A stretch of DNA of 64,000 bases from Glycera tridactyla (taxonomy: Eukaryota), in NCBI GenBank assembly GCA_965644265.1, contig OZ286467.1, positions 1,116,001 to 1,180,000 on the forward strand, given 5' to 3'. A program made the translations under genes and the position numbers. Position 1 is the stretch's first letter; each line of letters opens with the position of its first letter. The notes under the pieces are model-generated. The model had not been told where the DNA came from. It made no database searches and saw nothing but the letters and a program-made list of their open reading frames with translations. This document shows positions 1 through 13,150 of this stretch, piece by piece.

Positions 1-776
1 CATGTGGGCGGTCCTTCTCTAATAAGAAAACATTACAGAAGCACGTCCTGCGTCGCCATGGCGGCAACCGTATTTATCAGTGTCCCACGTGCCCCAAGAA
101 GTACGCCTGGCGTGGCGATCTGCTTTACCATTGTAAACGTCTCAAACATCCCATCCCGCACCCGTACGATCTCGGTGTCCGTTATGCGCGAGAGAATGCG
201 GTGAATTATTCGGACCTCGGTGAATGGTCTGATCTTGGCGAACAAGCTTTTCTTCCGCAATCTGGTGACTCTCAGGGGCCGGAGCAACCCATATTTCCCC
301 AAGCCGAGCCACTCTCAAACTATGGTAAAACGGAGGAGGGTCAATCTGCGGCGAGTGAAGGCAGCGTTTCCATGCTATCTCAACAAGCGTCTTTTCCCGA
401 ACTGAAAGCAGCTATCGATCAACCATGTTTTCCTGAAGCAATGCCTGTTGGCAGCAATAGCAATGTTTTCAGCATCCAGCCAATGAAATTACCCGTTAGT
501 GTTCCAGACGAATCCGTTCATGCTGAAAATGATTTGGATGATGATGTCATCAGAGGTGACAGTGCTCCGCCTCAAAACTGTTCAATTGAGATGGGTAACA
601 TGGCGGATCTCACGAAAAACGACATCTCCGACTCTCTTGGAGATTTGATGGATGGAACAAACGAACCAGAAAGTAGTTCCGATGTTGGCTTATTCAGCGA
701 GCTCAACATTAGCAATGTGCGATCAGTCGATCGTCTGTCTGGCGAAGATTCGAAAGAGCCGCCGCTAGTGTCATAA
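1..776 (+). CDS. Variable terminal exon V1 (5'-truncated by window edge): class A C2H2 finger pair plus long acidic/Ser-rich tail
   Basis: Reading from nt 3 gives CGRSFSNKKTLQKHVLRRHGGNRIYQCPTCPKKYAWRGDLLYHCKRLKH, continuing in frame into ORF 201-776; stop TAA 774-776. Acceptor lies upstream of the window. Confidence 0.88.
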   Translation, partial: CGRSFSNKKTLQKHVLRRHGGNRIYQCPTCPKKYAWRGDLLYHCKRLKHPIPHPYDLGVRYARENAVNYSDLGEWSDLGEQAFLPQSGDSQGPEQPIFPQAEPLSNYGKTEEGQSAASEGSVSMLSQQASFPELKAAIDQPCFPEAMPVGSNSNVFSIQPMKLPVSVPDESVHAENDLDDDVIRGDSAPPQNCSIEMGNMADLTKNDISDSLGDLMDGTNEPESSSDVGLFSELNISNVRSVDRLSGEDSKEPPLVS

Positions 777-1664
777 AAAGCATTTTCATGATCTTGGAAG
801 ACTACCGGAACGCTTTTCAGGGCGGATGATGCAGCTGTGAACAATTTTTCTACCGTCCCATTTTAGGGGCAGCAAGTATTAGTTGGTGTTTTTGCATTTT
901 TTGCTGCTTATTCTTCCAGATTTATCAAGCAGTGAGTTATCTTGTTAAATTGTGTGTGTGCGTGGTATATAGTGATTGTGATGGTTGAATCCACATGAAT
1001 TGTGTGGAGAAAATGTATGTATCTATTTATCCAATATTCCCCAAACTGATTGCTTACATGAATTTCAATTCTTCCTGGCTGCGGTTGTTACACAAGTTTA
1101 CTGTCTTCATGTTTCTTGTGATGGGATCTTGATTGGTTGGATTTTGAAGAGCAGGCTATAGACTGTTTATGGACCTCTCTAATTTATTTTTCTTCATTGT
1201 TATATGGTCAATTTCCCGGAAATGACAAAAAGTTTTCATTTCAAAAGTTGCTGTGATCTTGCAGGAAGTTTGAAGTCATATCCCTTTGAGAATATCTCTT
1301 GATTGGAAATTTCATACAGCAGATAATTTTGCTTTCCTTGTTGACATCACTCCTTCATAAAATTACCAAGACAAACTCCGAATACCTTATTTGGGCTGTC
1401 CCACTTGGCAGTAAATAGAGAAATCCCCATTCAAAGCACTTCAATCTCAATGAAACCATGTTTCACAATACACCAGTGAAATGCACAAATTACATTTTTC
1501 AGAAATCATCTGATTTCTCGTGGCTTTGAACCTGGGTTCCCCAGCATGGCACCAACCGCCTAGACTGTGCAGGAGCAAGCTGTCTTGTACGCTGAGCTAT
1601 GTGGACCACTCCAATAAAAGTGGATCTCCTCATACATTTGCTCTTACAGAGGTCCTGTTATGTC

Positions 1665-1886
1665 CAGGGCTCTACGCTAATAGTTGCCCTACTGGCACAG
1701 GCAGGCAGATTTGCTGTTAGGGCAGGTGATTTTATCAATCTGCCTGCCTGATGGGCAGGTACTCAATCATTATTTGGCCTATGATTATAGGCAGGAGGGC
1801 AGGTGAAAATGACTGGGAGGGCAGGTTGAAATTCTACTTCACCTGCCCGAAGGACAGCTGAAGAAAAAAGTTAATGTAGAGCCCTG
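1665..1886. mobile_element. MITE with CAGGGCTCTAC termini
   Basis: cagggctctac ... gtagagccctg; flanks tatgtc/tatgtg. Related internal sequence at ~21620-21720 and ~62075-62200. Confidence 0.65.
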
Positions 1887-3940
1887 TATGTGTGAAGATC
1901 ATTCAATTGTGAAAACTTTCACGGATGATTGGTCATCTAATCGATCTGAATCAATCTTCTCGTAAAATCAATCATCTGCTGATCACTGGTGTTGAGCTCG
2001 TCATTTCTGTCGGACTGTTGGTTGTTTCCTTTGAAATGGCAGTTGAACCTGCTCAAAAGGTCACAAGTGTACAAAAAGGCCACTTCAACAAATGCCTTCA
2101 TTAGCATTTCATACCATCAATGAAGGCTCCACGCAGGCTTGCTTTCTACAAAAACAGCTTTTTCTTATGACTGAAGATTGCTTTTGTAGACAGCTTCAAC
2201 TTTGATTGAACGTTTTTTGTCTCATCCCTCCTTCAAAGCAGGAATATTCAGTGGTGGCAGCTTCATATTCTTTTCTATACGTCTTTGTGAAATTCTTCTT
2301 CGTCTCAGAAGAGGGATTGTGGTCACAGGAGAGAGGGTGGTCAGTTTGGGGTATATTTTATGATGTTCATGTTACTTTTCTGTCTCTCCAGTTTTGTGGA
2401 AAGTTTACAAGAATGCTATTGTGCTTGTCCTGGTTTAGAATTTGATATTCCCAGCCGAAAGACAATCACAATTATTATTTTTTATCTTGTTAGTGCTTTT
2501 TCGATGTAATTGGAAGAATCTCAGAATGTGTGCGCTGCCTATTTGAGTAGTTGTGGGAATTGGTTTTGTTGTTAGGTTATGTTGTTATTGAAGTAGATCA
2601 TATATCTTTAGCAGATGTTTGTTATTGATCAGTGTTGATGGAAAAATTGGACTGCCATTCCCCTTTTGGGATATCAGAATAAATTGAACTTATCACTCTT
2701 CTGGAAGCAATGTCTCTCCTAAATTCGTTATGAAAGGTTCAACTAGTTGAAAAACTTGAGGCTGATATATTTGTGTGAATACATGCCTGATCAAGACTTG
2801 AATTATTTTGAGTCCCGCCAACCCAATTTTTGCCAATATTTTTTCCTCAGAATAATACATATGCGGGCATATATAAAGCCTCGTCGGAAACAGTGTTTAT
2901 TGGTGGTGGAGTCAAAGTTGTGATTTTCTGTCTTGGCAGGTAATGCGCTGCTCTCTCATCTGGGAAAAAAAAACTGTCCTATTGGAATTTTTGAGTTGCC
3001 AAATTAGAAGACTTATCGATGATCAAACAGTTGGTTTATTTTAAGCAGTCATTGACTATATTCAGCAAGAAAAGTCGATCATCATCAGAGATGTAATAGA
3101 GCATTTATACGGTGAAACCTGCATTAAGAGACCACCTCGCAATAAGAGACCACCTCCGAGGATTGTCCCAGTTCCACATGATATCTGGGCTTCCTATAGT
3201 ATCAGGCCTTGATGTTTTGTGTTGCTATATTTCCTAGGGCAATTAACATTTCATTCGGGTAGTCAGTACGACACTGTATGTCTACTTTGTTGTTCACGTG
3301 GAGGTCAGAATATCCACTTAATTTCATCACAATCAAATTGTGTTGTTCCCATAACAAACCCACCTGCCAGTCTGTGCCACATATATCCACCCTTATCTCC
3401 GCTGATTGTACGTTATTTTACCCCTCACTGCCATGATGGAAATGGATCCTGAGTTCAACTATCAGCGATTTCATGCCATTTTCCGGGGTAACCTGACTGT
3501 AAAGCCTTTTTTCTCTCTCGACTATATGGTGAAATATGATGGAATGGTGTAATCATGTCAGGGAACGTTTGTCACATTTTGTGCAAAATCATTCATCTTT
3601 CCCGAAAAGTGTGAACTGAAGAGAAGTCTATGATTTCCGCTACCCATGATCAGAATTAATACTGATATTTGTATGACTTATGAGGAATTCAATCCTCCTT
3701 TTGTGTGTGTGCATGCATGCGCATATGTGCATGCGTGTGTGCGTGCATTCGCTATGGAATGATGCAAGTATGGAAGAACGGAGGTAGGTTATCTCGACCT
3801 CTGTTAATCAGGTGTTTTCACGTCCATACTGGACTTGTAGCCAGGTCAAAGTTCAGGTGTATCAGCTGTGTATTTGATGGGTCGAAAAAGGGTAAATGCT
3901 GCGTGATGGTGACAGCCGATTTTGCTTTTGTGTGTTGCAG

Positions 3941-4243
3941 TCGGTGTGGCCGCCGTCCTCTTGGGTCGATGTCACGCTGTCACCCTCCGCAACATTACCC
4001 GTTTTCACAACAGGTCTTAAATCGCAGCGACTTCCGTGCAAACTTTGTGGTGATACCTTCTCACAGAAACAAGCATTGATGCGTCACCTTCTACGGCGGC
4101 ATGGTGGCAAAAAGGCGTACTGTTGCCCGGTTTGCGGGAAGGGGTATGCGTTGCGTGGCGATCTCCTCTCCCATATGAAGCGTCTGCTCCATTTACCAGA
4201 TGCGGGAGACCCACCGCCTGCGGGCTCGAATCCTGAAGGGTAG
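3941..4243 (+). CDS. Variable terminal exon V2: class A two-finger C2H2
   Basis: Acceptor ttttgtgtgttgcag ends at 3940, phase 0 (SVWPP...). CKLCGDTFSQKQALMRHLLRRHGGKKAYCCPVCGKGYALRGDLLSHMKRLLH; stop at 4243. Confidence 0.88.
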   Translation, partial: SVWPPSSWVDVTLSPSATLPVFTTGLKSQRLPCKLCGDTFSQKQALMRHLLRRHGGKKAYCCPVCGKGYALRGDLLSHMKRLLHLPDAGDPPPAGSNPEG

Positions 4244-4979
4244 TACATTCCAACAACAATAGAGGGCCTCATGGGCCAGTAAAACGTCAGGGATAGTAAT
4301 CGTGCGCATCTGCCTCTGGTGTGAAAAAAAACATCTGGGGTTTTTAAAAAAAGACACAGGTCAGTTCAGATAAGATTTTTAAACGGGATATGGAAATTGC
4401 ATAATGTAACGGAAGTACTCATCCTTTTTCCGAAGTCGGGAAATTGGTTTCTTAGCGAGTGTCTGAGGTTGGAAAATACACCGGTCTTGCTGGAATATGA
4501 AACTGGCTGCTATTTGGAGTTTTTTTTTCTGTGAAAATGTGATGGCTGGAGTGGTTGTTGTGGACAGGTGGTTGCTGTATTGAGGTGACTGCTTGGTGGA
4601 TATGTACTGTGTGGTGTTTTCCGGGTATTTCTTGTGAATTTTTGAGTGCCAAGTCTTACTGGTCTCTCTATCAAGACATGCCTGGAAACACGATGGAATG
4701 AGAGATTCACCAGAGGTCTGGATGTACTGGTTATATATGCATCCAAGTCGCATTTCTTTTCATATACAGAAGTAGTTTTAACTAGCTTCAGTAGGAATAC
4801 AGGGTACTTAATGCTGAGGGGCCAAATCGTGATTAGTTTGTATTTAGTTCACTGTACATGTACATACATTGATACATACATACAACGTTTTTTCGAGCAC
4901 TGCTTTGGGGAGGTGGCGGTTAGCCATTGTCAGTGTATATAGTGGAGATGGATTGGGTATATTTCGCAAGTTTTTGTTA

Positions 4980-5195
4980 TTGTGTGTGAATGTGTGTCCA
5001 TGTGGGTGGGTGTGGGTGTGGGTGGGTTGATGGGTGTGGGTGTCCATGTGTCTGCATGTGGTCATGTGAGTGTGTGTGTGTGTCTGCATGGGGTCATGTG
5101 AGTGTGTGTGTGCGCGTGTGCATGTGCGTGTGTGTGTGCGTGTGCGTGTGCGTGTGTGTGTGTGTGTATGTGTGTATGTGTGTGTGCGCTCGTGT
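4980..5195. repeat. (TG)n compound microsatellite
   Basis: Direct reading; similar (CA)n tracts at ~11320-11410, ~29960-30030, ~33155-33230. Confidence 0.9.
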
Positions 5196-6401
5196 GCAGC
5201 ATGATAGATTAGGGTTCGTGGTTAACATAGACCACTATGATCGAGGCATCAGAGATGCTACCTAACCTTATGATGATAATATACATCACATTACATTATT
5301 GATTTAGTCTTTTGTGATTTCATTACAAATACTGTCCACACCAGTGTCAAAATAGGTGTGATTAACGTTTGTTCCATCAGGTCATGTGAGAATGATGTGA
5401 ATCAGATTATATGATGAAATACTTGGATCAGAACATAACCGCTACTCTATTCTACACGATCTCCTTCAAACATCAAGCATGAATCATTGAATGGACTTAC
5501 TGAATCTCTATTTGTTCATGTTGTGTAATACGAAAAAAGATCGGATGTCTTGCTGATTGCATCGGATTATTTCAACCGGCCTGGCCAGCTAATGAGGGTG
5601 GGGGCGCTGATTAGGGAGAATACGGTATGTGTGTTGCCGGTAGATATCTCATATTGGATAGAAGGAATGGTCAATGGTGCTTAAGATTGATATTTCACAT
5701 TTTTTGTTTGTTACAAGTTGTACCTTTGGTGTATGAGGTTTCATGTGTCTGAATGTTTTGTGAGGACAGAACTGACTATTCATTACCAGAGATGCCGCCA
5801 GGCCGCGCGATCGCGGGATGCTCGCGATTCCTCCATCATCGCCCGCGCTCCATGAGCATCACTGCGTGAGCGAAAACGCGATATCCCGCGATTAGATTCA
5901 GCCAGTGCGCGGACAAAAATCGAGAAATATGCGGAAAACGTTAGTCATTTCTTTAAACACAAACGATATTCGGCCATCTTGATCGAGAACTGCGCAGCTT
6001 TTGCCGTGAGACTCGTGAAAACGTCTTCTGCGCATGTTGTTTTTCGCGTTAGTTCCCGATTATTCCGCGATGTGGCGCTGTTCGCTTCTTGGTTGAGGCA
6101 ATCGCAGCGCCATTCGGCTCGTAGTGAGATTAATGCGAACTATCGGCAGCTTCGTTTTGGCGCGAAAATTTGAATGCTAGTATGGTGAACGTGTCAGATT
6201 GACTAAGCACCCAATCAGTGAGTGGGGTTATTCCAATAATAGTCAAACCTGCTCAAACCACCTTCCCTAAAAGACCACTTTCCTACAAAAACCCCTTTTT
6301 TCATCCAACCAGTTGCAATGATTTAACATACTTTTTTCAAACAAATTTTATTTGATTTCTATTTGAATTGGCTATAGTGTTGTACAATTTAATGTCATAA
6401 T

Positions 6402-7683
6402 CAGGGCTTGGAAAAATCCGTGTTGCATATAACACGCACGTATTCGCACATTTGACGTTTTAACACGGATCGCACCATTAACGCGATTTTTGCAGAACAT
6501 GCCAATGAAAACTCGGGGAAAACAAGAAACGGGTTGAATTTCAGCCGCATAAATCTCATATTCACTGACAATAAGCGTGAATAACGCAAGAAACGTCTTG
6601 TCAACAAGACGCGCCGCCATCTTGGTTTTTCTTGTATCGTTTGAAATCACGCGGCCAACGTGACCAAAACAATAATAATTCGCCGAAATCTGTACTAAAA
6701 AGCATCAGATTTTCGAATATTCACTATAATTCCTATAGGAATCTGGTTCTTTGCTTAGATTTCACGTTTGAAAGCATTAAAATGAAAAATAATAATTTTT
6801 CGACGAACCCTCGCCGAATCACGTTCGAAGTCACGTCCTCGCGAGATTTGAAAATAAATATTAAGATCGGCGATTTTCTCGCAGAATCAGACGAATTACC
6901 TCGAGTTGGCTTTCATACAGTCAAGATAGGCTACTGATCTTTCGTTTTGCTTGCGATATGAGATGCAAACGTGTCTTTATTGTGTATGAAAGCGCCATTT
7001 CCGGCCGCTATTTGTCTCTTATCAAAAATTCCAAGATGGCGCCCGATATTAGACTAGCCGTGATCTGCAGTCAATCCCTCGCGATTTTCTCGCAGAATCA
7101 GACGAATTACCTCGAGTTGGCTTTTATACAGTCAAGATAGGCTACTGATCTTTCGTTTTGCTTGCGATATGAGATGCAAACGTGTCTTTATTGCGTATAA
7201 AAGCGCCATTTCCGGCCGCTATTTGTCTCTTATGAAAAATAACCGAGATGGCGCTCGATATGAAACCAGCCTTGCTCTGCAATGCAATTTTTCAGTTTAC
7301 GGTATTACCACAAGATTCGCATAATCCCACAAAAAAATCACAGAAAAAACAGAACATGGACTTTAAAAGAACAGAAAACGCAGAACTAGATGTTTTTTGC
7401 TTGCACGGAAAATGCAGAACCATCAGGTTTCAACACAGAAAAAACAGAATTGGTCATGGTGCGGAGAACACCGAATTTGAAGTTTTTATCGCTTACAAAA
7501 TGGAAAGTAAGGAAATTCAGCGATATTTTGTGCGTTTTAATCAAATTTTAGCGCATATTTCACGGAATTTCAAGTTTTGTGCATAGAACACGGAATTTTC
7601 GCTGAAAAAAAAGGATAACACATAAAGTGCCAAAAAATAAAACAGAATTATTGATTTTTTAAAATGGATTTTTCCAGGCCCTG
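6402..7683. mobile_element. Non-autonomous TIR DNA transposon (CAGGG ends, hAT-like)
   Basis: 18-bp TIR cagggcttggaaaaatcc / ggatttttccaggccctg (1 mismatch), flanked by CATAAT on both sides; internal ~211-bp direct duplication (6870 and 7081). Confidence 0.75.
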
Positions 7684-9629
7684 CATAATACGACTTCTAG
7701 ATATTAAGAAACGTTCCTGAAAATTGGAAATGAAGATCCCCCTCTTCATATGTCAGATCCCCCTCATCTCAGAAGTCTGGGGGGGAAATCCCCCTCCGGG
7801 AAAAAATCCTGGAAGCATCTCTGCATTACTCAGTGGTGCCATTTTTCCGAAAATTGTTGGAATTCTGAAAATTTGGTGAAAATTGGATTTGAGAAATTGT
7901 CAAAAATCTCGCTGTAAGTTTGAGAATCGCTACTTTGAGAACCGCTACTTTTGAGAGAATATTGAGGTAGTTCACTACCACACCTGTTACCCGGTACAGT
8001 TTTCGGTTTGGGACTCTCTCCCCCCCCCCCCCCTCCCCCCCCCCCCCCCCACATTATAGACAATACTGTCGTCCATTTTATGGAACGATTTGCGATGTTC
8101 ACCTCACACTGTAAATGGGCAGCCATTTGTAAATGACCTGCTATAGAATCACCAGTATTAACCCAAACTGCATGGAAAATAAGCGATTTGTGTGAAAAAC
8201 ATTAGTGATTTCATGATGAAATACTGCTAAACTTGGATATTTTAGATGCATAATTGTGTGAGAACATTGAGAAAAAAAATAGTTCAGGAAAAGCGCCACC
8301 TGGCATGCAAAGGTAGCACCGTTGCGGTGGAAGCCCCTCTGTAACATCGTTAAACGCCAGCAAACATGGCGCGTGGGGAAGAAGTTGCCTTTTGATTGAT
8401 TGATGTGTCTTGATAACACCCTTGGAAAGCTCCAATTTCCAACTTCTGCTCTCCAAATGTCCTGACCGTTGGTCAACCAGCCCCAGCCTCAGGTAGCTGG
8501 CACATTCGGGGGGAAGTTGAACAAAAAAAAGGTAACTATTGGCCATGATATCCCCAAGATCGGGGAGTGGATCACAGCCTATTTTGATTGACCCATTGAG
8601 ACATTTTGTGAAGAAATGGCCTTGAAATTCTGGATGAAACCACATTTGGTAAAATTTGCCAGATTATTACTGCAGGGATAGCTTTGTGCAAGTTAGAAAT
8701 GTGCATGCCCAGAGGGCACACAAAATTCAAGATACTTTGTAAAGTTGATATTTCAGGGCACATAGGAAGGCGATTTGGCCCAACAGAACTGTATCAATGG
8801 GCCTAGCAGACCTTTATATCTTCCCTAGTTCGGGAAATCCCCCTCACATCGGGTTGCCATCAATATTGAGCCTTTTGTTGATTGATCCACTGGATAACGG
8901 TCTTTTTACCAATAATCTCAAAACCCTGCTCGATGAAGGTTGAAATATGGGAGAAATAATGCTTCCATTATTGACATCAGAGGAATCTCAATCAGCATAT
9001 ATCAATGTCTGTATATGTCGTCTCCGCTGGTTTTCCATGTGAGTTTATTGTTGAGCATTTCCACTGTGTGGTTGAATAAAATGGGATGAATATATGGAAC
9101 CTGTCTTGTGTTATCTGCGGTCAAACCTGTGCGGGAAACCACCCCTGTAAGGAGGCCACCTGGGCTGAGATGATATTTTCTACGGTGAACAACCTCACTA
9201 CCACAGCCTACTGTAAATCTGTCACATTCAACAAATATTTTTGTTATGCACTCCACATTTGATGAATTTTTATCTGGCCAGCTGATCAGTGAAATGATAT
9301 AATTTGCTGGCCCGGCACCTTGATTTTACTGGCCCCGGTGCAGGCTGGCGAGTGCTGGTTTTTCACACTGCACGGGGCATCACAGCAAAATTTATCCGAG
9401 TATCGTGAGACTTTTGCTTTGAATAGTTCCAATGGATCGGCACGGAAATACAACCTTGTTTCTTGAATATCTGTGAAAATATCTTGTAGAAGAATTCACG
9501 GTAATCACAGATTCAAATCTACCAATTTATGGCTTTCAGACCCGACTCTCAATTGAGGGTCTACGATTTTGCAAAGCAGAGTAAGCTGCAGCTGAAATTC
9601 TGATAGTTTTGTTTGCGTTTCTGTTGTAG

Positions 9630-10046
9630 ATGCTCAATAATGAGGCAGCCATCTTTGCCTTAGACATCAGTCAGTTTCTGCGACCTATGCATCCTAAACC
9701 AGGTCCCGAGCATCGCAAATTCCCATGTTCCGATTGTGGCGATTCCTTTGTACAGCGCCACCATTTGTTGCGTCATAGGCAGAGAAAGCACGGCGGTGTG
9801 CCACGTTTCAAATGTCCCGCGTGCACTAAGGCGTATGCCGTTAAAGACGACCTGATGTTTCACTGTACTCGCACTGGGCATCCTAAACCACAGCACTACG
9901 CGCAAAATCCACCCATATCTCAGAACGAGAGCGAGACATGCCCCGCGAGAGTCTCTCAAGCAGATATCCCACAGAGGACATTTCAAAACCCACCGATTCC
10001 TACTGCCATCATCCATCATTCACAATTTGAAAGCTGGAATATGTGA
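9630..10046 (+). CDS. Variable terminal exon V3: class A two-finger C2H2
   Basis: Acceptor gtttgcgtttctgttgtag ends at 9629, phase 0. CSDCGDSFVQRHHLLRHRQRKHGGVPRFKCPACTKAYAVKDDLMFHCTRTGH. Confidence 0.88.
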   Translation: MLNNEAAIFALDISQFLRPMHPKPGPEHRKFPCSDCGDSFVQRHHLLRHRQRKHGGVPRFKCPACTKAYAVKDDLMFHCTRTGHPKPQHYAQNPPISQNESETCPARVSQADIPQRTFQNPPIPTAIIHHSQFESWNM

Positions 10047-11442
10047 AAAACTGAAGGACGTACCAGGAATGGGATCTGCAGATTTCAGTGTGGTGAGGGG
10101 CAACTGTAGCTAGTGTATACTAGTGTTGGCAATCGATTATAATCAGTTTGCAACATTGGCACCACACCCACTACCTTGTTTCACCAATGTTTTTTCTCCA
10201 GAATCATACTTATGCTCAAGTGTATCCAGAGAAGTTTCCTAGGATATAGGGTTTGTTATGGGTGGAGCAAGATGACAGCATTTTGACTTCAAAGGAAATC
10301 CATAGCTTTTTTCATCGAAAAGGCTGGATTTTCCATTGATATATATATATATATATATACAACAGGGTTTTCCCCAGAAAAAAATCACAGCCGGCTGCAA
10401 TTTTCGTCGACAGGAGGGCGGTACCGGAGTCAGTTCCTCGATTCAACACCAGATGGTGATTTTTCTTTGGTTCTCGATTCTGCCTCTAGGTGGCACTTTT
10501 CATTGGGGGCTGTTCAGAACTTTAAGAAGGAGTTTTTCTGTTTCTGGAGAAGGAAACCCAGCCAAGTGAGATAGAGATACTATTGAGTAGATGAAAGATT
10601 AATTGCTCTTCCAATTAAATGTTTTGACCCAATCTCATGAATATTTAATATAGTTTGCTGAAGAAAGATGCAATATCTGTGGGCAATTTTGGTCCAATTG
10701 CAAGATTTTCTGAGTGAAGTGCTATTGGAAACTTTGAAAGAAATGCATGGAGACAAGTTCAGACTAGCCCGAATCAAACACACTAAATAATACATTGCTC
10801 AGCAACATCAATTGGGGGGGGGGGGGGGGGGCAGCTCACCTCAAAATGTAAACAGTGACCTCATTACATTTTGTCTCAGACAGGAAGTGATAGTCTGCAC
10901 TAACTCAAGGGAAGTGAGCTGCTGCCTAAACTGTGTTACATAAACAATTTGCCGGGGCCCAGATTGCCACTACTAATCCACATCCCAATGATCTGACTGA
11001 CCAAGAAACTGCCGATTACATCAGCCCATCTGTCAAATTGGTGCGTCCGGCTGTTTCAGCCGCTCGGTTTTAATTATAGCCGACGCAGTTGCCGGCTGCA
11101 GGTGTCTAGGGAAATCCCTGTATACATACATGTGCTGACTGTTCCGATTAAATAGATTCCACATATCTGCAATCGATTGTCTATTTGGCCACGAAGATCG
11201 ATCGATAATCGGATAATAATCAATAATTGTGACACCACTAGTGTATACACATGAGGGGAAAGAGGATGGTATAATGAGTATTTTGGGTTTTAGATCATCA
11301 AAAATAGTGATGTTAGAGCACACACATACTCACAAACACATACACACACACATGCACGCGCACGCACACATACACACACACACATACACACGCATACATA
11401 AACACACAAAAGTTGATTTAATCAATCAAATAGAATACAATA

Positions 11443-11624
11443 TACAGTCGAACCTCCTCTAAAGACTACCTCTCTATAAAGACCACCTCCCCATAAAACC
11501 ACCCTGAGCTGCGACCATGGGAGTATTTTCAACAGTGAATAACCTCTCTATAAAGACCACCTCCCTATAAAGACCACTTTTTTTATCTGACCGAAGGCGG
11601 TCTTTATAGAGAGGTTGGACTGTA
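11443..11624. mobile_element. TA-flanked MITE family 1 (Tc1/mariner-type ends, TACAGTCGAACC...GGTTCGACTGTA)
   Basis: TIRs plus internal ataaagaccacc repeats; the most abundant element in the window. Confidence 0.75.
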
Positions 11625-12405
11625 TTTTAGATTGGTTCTGACATTGTATATGTGAAGGAGATAGCAGAGACTATAACAGAAAGAAGAGAGAACAGTGATG
11701 ATAATATAGCAAGACTATATGGCCTTGAAGTAAAAACACAATACCAAACATGGTGTGAGTTTCACTGTATGTCACTAGACCGAAGGGGAAATTCACACTG
11801 AGTTTGGTATTGCGTTTTTACCTCACAGTCATACAGTCTTGCTTTTATCACATGGATTAGGGGAGAAATCGACAAAAAGTTGTTCTCTCCCAGCTGTGAA
11901 GTATAAAACTCGATACTCAACACCTGATACTTCACTGAAAATGGCACATCACTGTGATAACAGACTCCACCATGTTGTGATGAATGTATAACTGAACAGA
12001 ATCAGAACTGAGATGCACTCAACTGTGACTATTCTTCTTTTGTCAGTATGCACTTTCTAATGGTTAGTGTGCACCCAACTCCCCCTTTCTCCCCTCCCCG
12101 GATGCATGTACCATTTGCAAAGCTCAGTCTGAGTCTTCCCTGAAAGTGAATGCAAGCAGGTCGTTGCTATCTTGATCACAATGCAACTATCTATGTATAT
12201 CGCAGAGAAGAGCACTTTACGCTGATTATTTTGGATTTTAGATCATGAAACTCAGTTGATTGGGTTTCTCGGTCCACAAAATCTTGTTGTGAATCGCCTC
12301 TGGTCAGCTTTTCAGGGTTTCGGTTGTGAGCTAATCACATCCCTGATTATCGAAATGTGTATATCTTGGCTTGTTGGGCTGATGGACTGTCACTGTGTGT
12401 TGCAG

Positions 12406-12693
12406 ATGCCGTTTGGCAGCATCCACAGAATCGAGCCCCAACTGGATAGTAACTCCGCGGTGCGCTACGTAGCCGTGCCGCTTTCCGACATTCCCGAATT
12501 TCCATGTCCCTCTTGTGGCCAGAAATTCAAGCAGAGTCATCACATGAAGCGACATTGGTTGCGGAAACATGGCGATCGTTCCCGCTACCCGTGCCCCACC
12601 TGTGAAAAGTCGTACGCGGTTGCCGAGGATCTAGTCTCGCACTGTCGCCGTCTCGGTCATTTCGCCATGGACAATGATCCACCAGCCTCCTAG
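12406..12693 (+). CDS. Variable terminal exon V4: class A two-finger C2H2
   Basis: Acceptor ctgtgtgttgcag ends at 12405, phase 0 (MPFGS...). CPSCGQKFKQSHHMKRHWLRKHGDRSRYPCPTCEKSYAVAEDLVSHCRRLGH. Confidence 0.88.
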   Translation: MPFGSIHRIEPQLDSNSAVRYVAVPLSDIPEFPCPSCGQKFKQSHHMKRHWLRKHGDRSRYPCPTCEKSYAVAEDLVSHCRRLGHFAMDNDPPAS

Positions 12694-13150
12694 CCATTAG
12701 ATAGCAGTTGTTGATGTTTTTTGGTCCACGAAATCTTGATTAGAAGTGTCTCCATTCAGGTTTTTTCAGGGGTTTTGGTTACCAGCAAGACACGTCCCTG
12801 GAATCTGGTGGCCCTACATTCAACAAATAATTGGGTGTGGAAAATTTGAATTTAGAAATTGCAGCATTATGGCTGGACGTTGCAGAATGGACACTTTTGA
12901 GAATATGTGGGAGTAGTATAAGTGACTACAATATAGCATTTTCTACAATGAACAACCGAATGTCATCTGTCTACTAGGACCACCTTTGGCTGATCATGGT
13001 CTTTATAGACAGGTTTGACTGGATGATGAACCATCAGCTTTTCAAGCACTTTCAGATGTTGCTGAAAGGAACAACACACAAACTGAAAGTATGTGAAATC
13101 ATTCATAGAAACAAATAGAGATGGTACTAATTTCAATTGGCTGATCGACA

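Noticed and set aside
4844-5265. His/Thr- or Cys/Val-rich ORFs here and at ~11229, ~29674, ~32869
   Set aside because: Translations of (TG)/(CA) microsatellites.
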